In this document: in pieces, positions 1 to 5,400 of the stretch | Layout of the letters: each line of letters opens with the position of its first letter | Position numbering within the stretch: the first letter of the stretch is position 1 | Notes under the pieces: model-generated | The model's input: the letters and a program-made list of their open reading frames with translations, nothing else | The model's database searches: none | What the model was told of the DNA's origin: nothing | Program-made: the position numbers and the translations under genes | Origin: Elusimicrobiota bacterium | Lineage (GTDB): Bacteria; Elusimicrobiota; Elusimicrobia; Elusimicrobiales; UBA9959 | Assembly: GCA_027340875.1 (NCBI GenBank) | Contig: DAIENX010000046.1 | Location: 1 to 15,045, forward strand | Direction of reading: 5' to 3' | DNA: 15,045 bases

Positions 1-219
1 GACGGCGTGCAGTACCTGGCCAGCGGCCTGACAGGCTTCCTGATGGGCCACTTCCTCGACAAGTGGGGCTGGGGCTCCTGGGTGTGGATGATAATGCCGT
101 TCTCGCTCATCGGCGCGCTCCTGATGACGCGTCTCTGGAACGAGACCCCGCTGAAGAGGCCCGTCCCGGCGGAGGACACGCTCGAGGAGCACCGCCCGCT
201 CGTGGAGGACGAGGCCTAA
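1..219 (+). CDS. MFS transporter, C-terminal fragment (5' truncated by the window edge); possibly GlpT/UhpC-like (OPA family)
   Basis: Frame 1 is open from base 1 (DGVQYLASGLTGFLMGHFLDKWGWGSWVWMIMPFSLIGALLMTRLW). It has two hydrophobic helices with a G-x-x-L-D-x-x-G-W loop typical of the last MFS helices. Stop TAA at 217-219. Confidence 0.65.
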   Translation, partial: DGVQYLASGLTGFLMGHFLDKWGWGSWVWMIMPFSLIGALLMTRLWNETPLKRPVPAEDTLEEHRPLVEDEA

Positions 220-238
220 GTCTTCCGTTACGGACAGT

Positions 239-268
239 AAAAAACCGCGGGCTTCCCCGCGGTTTTTT
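239..268. terminator. Bidirectional Rho-independent terminator between the convergent MFS gene and acr3
   Basis: AAAAAA-CCGCGGG-cttc-CCCGCGG-TTTTTT: a perfect GC stem with an A-tract before it and a T-tract after it. Confidence 0.9.
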
Positions 269-290
269 ATTTACCCCTGTTACGGGAAGC

Positions 291-1355
291 TCACGCCGAA
301 CTTTCGGGGGCCGGGAACCAGCCGCGCGTACGCACGCAGGCGGAGCAGACAGACAGCATCACCGGCACCTCCACCAGCACGCCCACCACGGTAGCCAGCG
401 CCGCGCCGGAGCCGGGGCCGAACAGCGCTATCGCCGTGGCGACGGCCAGTTCGAAGAAGTTGCTGGCCCCTATAAGCGCGCCTGGAGCGGCCACAGGGTA
501 TTCCACCTTGAACCTGCGCATCAGCCAGTAGACCAGGCCGGAGTTGAAGTAGACCTGCAGCGTTATCGGCACGGCTATCAGCAGCACGTGCGAGAAGCGG
601 GACGTGATGTTCTCCGCCTGGAAGGCGAAGATGAACACCAGCGTGGCCAGCAGGGCCAGCACGCTGACCGGGTGGAACTTCGGCATAAAGGCCGTCTCGA
701 ACCACTCTTTCCCGCGGGACCTGACCAGCGCCGCGCGCGTCAGCGCCCCGGCGGAGAGCGGGATCACGATGAAGATGAACACGGCCCACAGCAGCACGGA
801 GAAAGGCACCACCAGCGATGAGGCGCCGCTGACCAGGAACTTCACTATAGGCGCGAAGGCGGCCAGCATGATGAGGTCGTTCACCGCCACCTGCACCAGC
901 GTATAGGCCGGATCGCCGTCGGTCAGATAGCTCCAGACGAAGACCATGGCCGTGCATGGCGCGGCGGCCAGTATTATGACGCCGGCTATGTACTGCTCGG
1001 CCAGCTCGGGGCCTATCCACGGCGTGAAGACGTGCTTGAAGAAGACCCAGCCGAGCAGCGCCATACTGAACGGCTTCACCAGCCAGTTCACGAACAGCGT
1101 GATAAAAAGACCCTTGGGCTTTCTTCCGACGTTATGGAGCGAGCCGAAGTCTATCTTGAGCATCATCGGGTAGATCATCAGCCACAGCAGCACGGCTATC
1201 GGGATATTGATGTGCGACTCCGTGCCGAATTCCATGCGGCGCAGCCAGTCGACAACGCCGGGCGCCGCCTTGCCTATCAGGACTCCCACGGCCATGCAGG
1301 CGGCCACCCAGACCGTAAGGTACCGCTCGAAAACGTTCAGTCTCTTTTCGCTCAT
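291..1355 (-). CDS. acr3: Arsenite efflux transporter, Acr3 family (354 aa)
   Basis: Family motifs FERYLTVWV, LLWLMIYPMM, NWLVKPF, AAAPCTAMVFVW, GASNFFELAVA and VVGVLVEVPVML. Highly hydrophobic. 4-bp overlap with arsC. Confidence 0.96.
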   Translation of the reverse strand: MSEKRLNVFERYLTVWVAACMAVGVLIGKAAPGVVDWLRRMEFGTESHINIPIAVLLWLMIYPMMLKIDFGSLHNVGRKPKGLFITLFVNWLVKPFSMALLGWVFFKHVFTPWIGPELAEQYIAGVIILAAAPCTAMVFVWSYLTDGDPAYTLVQVAVNDLIMLAAFAPIVKFLVSGASSLVVPFSVLLWAVFIFIVIPLSAGALTRAALVRSRGKEWFETAFMPKFHPVSVLALLATLVFIFAFQAENITSRFSHVLLIAVPITLQVYFNSGLVYWLMRRFKVEYPVAAPGALIGASNFFELAVATAIALFGPGSGAALATVVGVLVEVPVMLSVCSACVRTRGWFPAPESSA

Positions 1356-1768
1356 ATCGCCAGTCCTTTCACGAATTCCTTTATCTCGTCGCGGACGCGG
1401 CGGTATACCGGCAGCGCGGCTTCGTCGGAGGCGCCCTTGCCCGCCACCGCGCCAGGGTCGTCGAAGCCCCGGTGGAGCTTTTTCCCCTTTCCCCAGTAGG
1501 CCGGGCAGGTCTTTTCGGCGTTGGAGCAGACCGTAACTACCAGATCGAATTCCATATCCTTTAACTCGGCCACGCCCTTAGGACGGTGGGAGGAAATATC
1601 TATCCCCGCCTCGTACATCACCCTTATCGCGCGGGTATCCACGGCATCCCCCGGCGCCGTGCCGGCGGAGAACGGCTCGACTTTGCCGCCAAGCAGCGCC
1701 CTGGCCCAGCCTTCCGCCATCTGGCTGCGGCACGAGTTGCCGGTGCAGAGAAAAAGTATCCTCTTCAT
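1352..1768 (-). CDS. arsC: Arsenate reductase, thioredoxin-coupled LMW-PTPase type (138 aa)
   Basis: P-loop CTGNSCRSQMAE, redox Cys pair VTVC...CP, and FDDP motif. Lies between arsR and acr3. Confidence 0.93.
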   Translation of the reverse strand: MKRILFLCTGNSCRSQMAEGWARALLGGKVEPFSAGTAPGDAVDTRAIRVMYEAGIDISSHRPKGVAELKDMEFDLVVTVCSNAEKTCPAYWGKGKKLHRGFDDPGAVAGKGASDEAALPVYRRVRDEIKEFVKGLAI

Positions 1769-2046
1769 TTTCCCCTCTTCAATGCCGGCAGCAGCCAGCT
1801 CAGCGCGGCCCGGCTTTCCCCCTTAGGCGAAGCCGGCAGCCTGCAATGCACCCAGCGGCCCAGCTTGCGCGTCTCTATCAGGCCGGCGGCCTCCAATATG
1901 GAGAGATGCTTGGAAACGGTGGAAGGAGCGAGTTTAAGCCCTTCGGTAACATGGCAGACGCAGAGCTCCCCCCGCTTGAGCAGCTTCAGTATCTTCAGGC
2001 GGGTCTCGTCGGCGGCCGCCTTGGTTATCCTCAGTATGTCCTGCAT
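1765..2046 (-). CDS. arsR: ArsR/SmtB family metalloregulatory repressor (93 aa)
   Basis: ADETRLKIL...ELCVCH...STVSKHLSILEAAGLI..RKLGRWV winged HTH with an alpha3 ELCVC metal-binding motif. First gene of the ars operon, 4-bp overlap with arsC. Confidence 0.92.
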   Translation of the reverse strand: MQDILRITKAAADETRLKILKLLKRGELCVCHVTEGLKLAPSTVSKHLSILEAAGLIETRKLGRWVHCRLPASPKGESRAALSWLLPALKRGK

Positions 2047-2061
2047 ATGCCCCCGGGCCTG

Positions 2062-2088
2062 ATTTCGTCATTTCGCCACATAACGAAT
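2062..2088. promoter_or_regulatory. Candidate ArsR operator (imperfect inverted repeat)
   Basis: TTCGTCA (2064-2070) -N10- TAACGAA (2081-2087; reverse complement TTCGTTA), a 6/7 match. Also a direct repeat ATTTCG(T/C)CA at 2062-2070 and 2070-2078. Located in the arsR/hgcA spacer. Confidence 0.5.
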
Positions 2089-2092
2089 TATA
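2087..2092 (-). promoter_or_regulatory. -10 box (TATAAT) for arsR-arsC-acr3
   Basis: ATTATA on + reads TATAAT on -, 40 nt upstream of the arsR ATG. No strong -35 is evident. Confidence 0.6.
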
Positions 2093-2093
2093 C

Positions 2094-2099
2094 TATAAT
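2094..2099 (+). promoter_or_regulatory. -10 box (TATAAT) for hgcAB
   Basis: Perfect TATAAT followed by 7 nt and then ATG 2107. Only a weak -35 (TTTCGC, 2071-2076, 17-bp spacer). Confidence 0.6.
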
Positions 2100-2106
2100 A
2101 TCCTTC

Positions 2107-3087
2107 ATGACAGGGAAAGACAGCAGTACCGCCGCCGCGGCCGCCTCAGGCATTCCCTCCGTTACCCGGGAATACGGCCCGGCCGACCGGCTTGCCTCCT
2201 GGAAGGCCCGCTGGGGCATTGGCCGCATGAAGATGCGGATAAAGCCCGGCCTCTACGCGCTGGGCTCGCCGGGCCCGGACTCCCCGGTCTTCGCTTCCGC
2301 CAACTACAGGCTGAGCTTCGACGCTCTGCGCTCTTCGGTCAAGGACAACGCCTGGCTGCTGGTGCTGGACACCAAGGGCATCAACGTCTGGTGCGCGGCC
2401 GGCAAGGGCACTTTCGGCACTATGGAGCTTACCCGCTCCATAATGGAGAGCGGCCTGGAGAAACTGGTGGCCAGGAAGGAGATAATACTGCCCCAGCTGG
2501 GAGCTCCCGGAGTGGCCGCCCACAGGGTCAGCGCCTATACCGGCTTCAGGGTCGTCTACGGCCCAGTGCGCGCGGCGGATATTCCGGAATTCATGGCCGC
2601 CGGGAAAAAGGCCACTCCGGAGATGCGGCTGGTCCGCTTCGGCTTCGCTGACCGCGTCATCCTCTCCCCGCTCGAACTGGTCTATTTCGCCAAATTCCTG
2701 CTTCCGGCAGCGGCGCTGCTCTATTTCCTCGGCCTGAAAGCGGACGCGCTGCTGACCATCGCCACGCTTATTTCCGGAACCCTGCTGGTGCCAGCCCTGC
2801 TGCCCTGGCTGCCCGGCCGCGCATTCGCCGTAAAGAGCGCCGCCGCCGGGGCGCTCGCTCTCGCCGCGGTTTACCCCTTCCTTTCGCAGGACCTGCTGCA
2901 CGCCTGCGCCCGCGCGCTTATCTATCTGCCGGCGGCCTCGTTCATAGGACTGCAGTTCACCGGCACCTCCACCTACACCTCCCTCTCGGGGGTAATGAAG
3001 GAGATGCGGTTATCCCTGCCGGTACAGGCGGCGAGCCTGCTGGCCGGGATAGTACTGCTGGTACTGGGGGGGTTCCTATGGGCCTGA
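2107..3087 (+). CDS. hgcA: Mercury methylation corrinoid protein HgcA (326 aa)
   Basis: Cap-helix motif GINVWCAAGKGTFG (Cys codon TGC 2392-2394, residue 96), plus PGLYALG, ANYRLSFD, LPQLGAPGV, YGPVRAADI, and a C-terminal multi-TM domain with LPGRAFAVK and FTGTSTYTSLSGVMKEM. Followed by hgcB. Start set at ATG 2107 rather than 1846, which would overlap arsR. Confidence 0.97.
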   Translation: MTGKDSSTAAAAASGIPSVTREYGPADRLASWKARWGIGRMKMRIKPGLYALGSPGPDSPVFASANYRLSFDALRSSVKDNAWLLVLDTKGINVWCAAGKGTFGTMELTRSIMESGLEKLVARKEIILPQLGAPGVAAHRVSAYTGFRVVYGPVRAADIPEFMAAGKKATPEMRLVRFGFADRVILSPLELVYFAKFLLPAAALLYFLGLKADALLTIATLISGTLLVPALLPWLPGRAFAVKSAAAGALALAAVYPFLSQDLLHACARALIYLPAASFIGLQFTGTSTYTSLSGVMKEMRLSLPVQAASLLAGIVLLVLGGFLWA

Positions 3088-3374
3088 AATACCTGCGCGG
3101 TGTCTCCACGCTGAAGCTCGACGAGGCGAAGTGCACCGGCTGCGGAATGTGCGTGCAGGTCTGCCCTCACGCGGTGCTGGCGATGAACGGGCGGAAAGTC
3201 CGCATAACCGACATCGACCTCTGCATGGAATGCGGCGCCTGCGCCGGGAACTGTCCCGTAGAGGCGCTGAGCCTTAAGAAGGGCGTAGGGTGCGCCGCCG
3301 CCGTGATAACCGGCTTCATCAAGGGGACGGAACCGGTCTGCGGCTGCGGAGAGGGCGGGGACGACTGCTGCTGA
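3078..3374 (+). CDS. hgcB: Mercury methylation 2x[4Fe-4S] ferredoxin HgcB (98 aa)
   Basis: Two CxxCxxCxxxCP motifs (CTGCGMCVQVCP, CMECGACAGNCP), the HgcB signature C(M/I)ECGAC, conserved GVGCA and terminal CC. 10-bp overlap with hgcA. Confidence 0.96.
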   Translation: MGLKYLRGVSTLKLDEAKCTGCGMCVQVCPHAVLAMNGRKVRITDIDLCMECGACAGNCPVEALSLKKGVGCAAAVITGFIKGTEPVCGCGEGGDDCC

Positions 3375-3391
3375 GCGTATCTTTCCCGGAA

Positions 3392-3513
3392 ATGAACTCA
3401 CTCCCCGGGCTAAAGCCCGGAGTTTCCCGCATTGCAGAGAACTTGGCCTCCGCTTCGCTCCGGGCTGCCAGAAATCCCCGGCCTTAAAAGACCGGGGATT
3501 TCTGGCAAGTTTG
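3392..3513 (-). mobile_element. Non-autonomous IS200/IS605-family derivative (PATE/MITE-like), about 122 bp, no ORF
   Basis: Minus strand reads TTTAA|CAAACTTGCCAGAAAT-CCCCGGTCTTTTAAGGCCGGGG (left-end hairpin) ... GAAA-CTCCGGGCTTTAGCCCGGGGAG-TGAGTTCAT| (right-end hairpin). Subterminal hairpins, an AT-rich target 5' of the left end, and no target duplication. Confidence 0.65.
3466..3507. repeat. 16-bp perfect inverted repeat (left-end hairpin of the element)
   Basis: TGCCAGAAATCCCCGG (3466-3481) -ccttaaaaga- CCGGGGATTTCTGGCA (3492-3507). Confidence 0.95.
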
Positions 3514-3522
3514 TTAAAGGAT

Positions 3523-3548
3523 ACGCCGCCCCCTCCGGGCGGCGTTTT
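3523..3548 (+). terminator. Rho-independent terminator between convergent hgcAB and the ABC-F gene
   Basis: ACGCCGCCC-cctcc-GGGCGGCGT-TTT: a 9-bp stem with a short U-tract on + and a weaker tail on -. Confidence 0.7.
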
Positions 3549-3561
3549 CATCGGGAGATAG

Positions 3562-5361
3562 TTACTCTTCGCGGGCGCGGGCTTCCAGCTCCTCCCAGCG
3601 TTCGAACAGGGCCGCAACTCTGGTCCTGGCTTCGTCCACCTTCAGCTGTCGGCGGTGCAGTTCCTCCGCGTCCGTGGCTATGGCAGGGTCTTCCAGCGCG
3701 GACTCGGCGTTCGCCACCTTATCCTCGGCGGCCTTTATCGTGCGTTCCATGTTGCGCAGCTCCTCGGCCTCTTTCCGACCGAGAGCGGGAGCTTTCTTCT
3801 CCGCCGGGGCGGCGGCAGCGGCAGCCGCGGTGTCGCGCCCGGCCTGCCAGTCCTCCCACTGCTCCAGCCCGCCGAAATAGCCGTGCCCGCCCCTTCCGTC
3901 TAGGCCCAGCACCGCTCCGCAGACGCGGTCCAGCAGGTAGCGGTCGTGCGTCACCAGCACCAGCGCGCCGGCGAAATCCTTTAGGCTGTTCTCCAGCACC
4001 TCCAGCGAACGGATGTCCAGGTCGTTGGTGGGCTCGTCCAGCAGCAGCAGGTCGGCCGGCCGGCGCATCAGCCCCGCTATCATCACGCGCGACTGTTCCC
4101 CGCCGGAAAAGGAAGAAAGCGGCATGTCCAGCTGCTCGGGCCGGAACAGGAAGCGGCGCGCCCAGCTGTTAACGTGCACGAAGGCCCCGTTGTACTCTAC
4201 GTGCTCGCCCGCCGGGCAGAGCGCGCGGCGCAGCGTGAGCCCCGGGTCCAGGCTGTCCCGGTGCTGGTCGAACACCACTACCCGCAGGCCTTCGGCCAGC
4301 TTTACCCCGCCTGAATCCGCAGGCAGCTGCCCCGCCAGTATCTTCAGCAGCGTGGTCTTGCCGCTGCCGTTGCCGCCTATCAGGCCCAGCTTATCGCCGG
4401 GGCGCAGGGCCAGGTCCAGCGGGCCGAAGAGCCGGCGGCCGCCCAGGGTCTTGGAGACGCCGGCGGCGCTCACGAGCCTGTTGGCCTGCCTGTCCCCGGC
4501 CAGGAAATCTATGGTGGTAGCCCGGCCCTGCGCGTTGCGGTATTCCAGCTCGGAAAGCTCGCCCAGCAGGCGGCCCGCGCGGTCGATGTGGGCCTTCTGC
4601 TTGGTGGTGCGGGCGCGCGCGCCGCGCCGCAGCCATTCTATCTCGCTGCGCACTATGTTGCGCAGCGAATCCTCGCGCGCGGCCTGCGCGTCCAGGAAGA
4701 TCTCCCGGTTCTCCAGGAACTTAGTGTAGCTGCCGGAGCTGCTGAAATGTCCAGACGGGTAGCGCCGGTCCAGCTCTATCATGCGGGTGCAGACGCGCTC
4801 CAGGAAGCGCCGGTCATGCGTGACCACGAGGAAAGAGAAAGAAAGGCCGGTCAGCAGCTTCTCCAGCCACAGCACCCCCTCCAGGTCCAGGTGGTTGGTG
4901 GGCTCGTCCAGCAGCAGCAGGTCCGGCTCGCGCAGGGTAGCCGCCAGTATGCCGAGGCGCTTGCGCCAGCCGCCGGAGAGCTTCGCCACTTCCTGCGCCG
5001 GGTCGCCAAAGCCGGCCCGGTCCATGCCGGCGGAAATGCGCGTCCCTATCTCGTGATCTTCCAGCCCCAGGTCCGCCAGCCCGGCGGCTAGGCGGTCCCG
5101 CACGGTGAGCCCCGGCGGCGCCTCCTCCACGCGGTCCTGCTGCGCCAGGTAGCCCACGCGCAGCCCGCGGCGCGGCGCCAGGCTGCCGGAGTCCGGAGTT
5201 TCCAGGCCGGCCAGTATGCGCAGCAGCGTGGATTTGCCGGTGCCGTTGGGGCCGATCAGGCCGGTACGCTCCCCCTCGAACAGGCCGAAGGAAAGGCCGG
5301 TGAAGAGCGGGCGCGCTCCGAAGCTCTTAGCCAGCTCCTGGCAGCTCAGCAGTATGGCCAT
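3562..5361 (-). CDS. ABC-F family ATPase, Uup-like (599 aa)
   Basis: Two NBDs (GPNGTGKST/LSGGW/LLLLDEPTNHLD; GGNGSGKTT/FSGGE/LLLLDEPTNDLD), linker EIEWLRRGARARTTKQKA, a C-terminal coiled coil ending ..RWEELE, and no TM segments. Confidence 0.9.
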   Translation of the reverse strand: MAILLSCQELAKSFGARPLFTGLSFGLFEGERTGLIGPNGTGKSTLLRILAGLETPDSGSLAPRRGLRVGYLAQQDRVEEAPPGLTVRDRLAAGLADLGLEDHEIGTRISAGMDRAGFGDPAQEVAKLSGGWRKRLGILAATLREPDLLLLDEPTNHLDLEGVLWLEKLLTGLSFSFLVVTHDRRFLERVCTRMIELDRRYPSGHFSSSGSYTKFLENREIFLDAQAAREDSLRNIVRSEIEWLRRGARARTTKQKAHIDRAGRLLGELSELEYRNAQGRATTIDFLAGDRQANRLVSAAGVSKTLGGRRLFGPLDLALRPGDKLGLIGGNGSGKTTLLKILAGQLPADSGGVKLAEGLRVVVFDQHRDSLDPGLTLRRALCPAGEHVEYNGAFVHVNSWARRFLFRPEQLDMPLSSFSGGEQSRVMIAGLMRRPADLLLLDEPTNDLDIRSLEVLENSLKDFAGALVLVTHDRYLLDRVCGAVLGLDGRGGHGYFGGLEQWEDWQAGRDTAAAAAAAPAEKKAPALGRKEAEELRNMERTIKAAEDKVANAESALEDPAIATDAEELHRRQLKVDEARTRVAALFERWEELEARAREE

Positions 5362-5400
5362 TGAAGATAGTTTTCTTTACGCGCGTAGTCGCCGGGAAGC

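Noticed and set aside
1846..2106. 87-aa N-terminal extension of HgcA in the 413-aa ORF call
   Set aside because: It overlaps arsR on the opposite strand and runs through the promoter spacer. ATG 2107 gives a normal HgcA length and Cys position.
3372..3395. Selenocysteine read-through of the hgcB TGA (CC-U-AYLSRK) using the downstream hairpin as a SECIS
   Set aside because: The protein already ends in the canonical CC, the extension is not HgcB-like, and the HgcA catalytic residue is an ordinary TGC Cys. The hairpin is explained as 3' UTR structure. A bSECIS search and selABC in the genome would be needed to revive this.
3375..3561. CRISPR array, or toxin-antitoxin/riboswitch RNA, in the hairpin-rich hgcB-ABC-F gap
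   Set aside because: There are no direct repeats with spacers, and the gap lies between convergent 3' ends. The hairpins fit IS200/IS605 ends and a terminator.
5362..5400. Independent or leaderless promoter for the ABC-F gene
   Set aside because: There is no SD and no convincing -10/-35. Co-transcription with the M42 gene (39-bp gap) is equally plausible.
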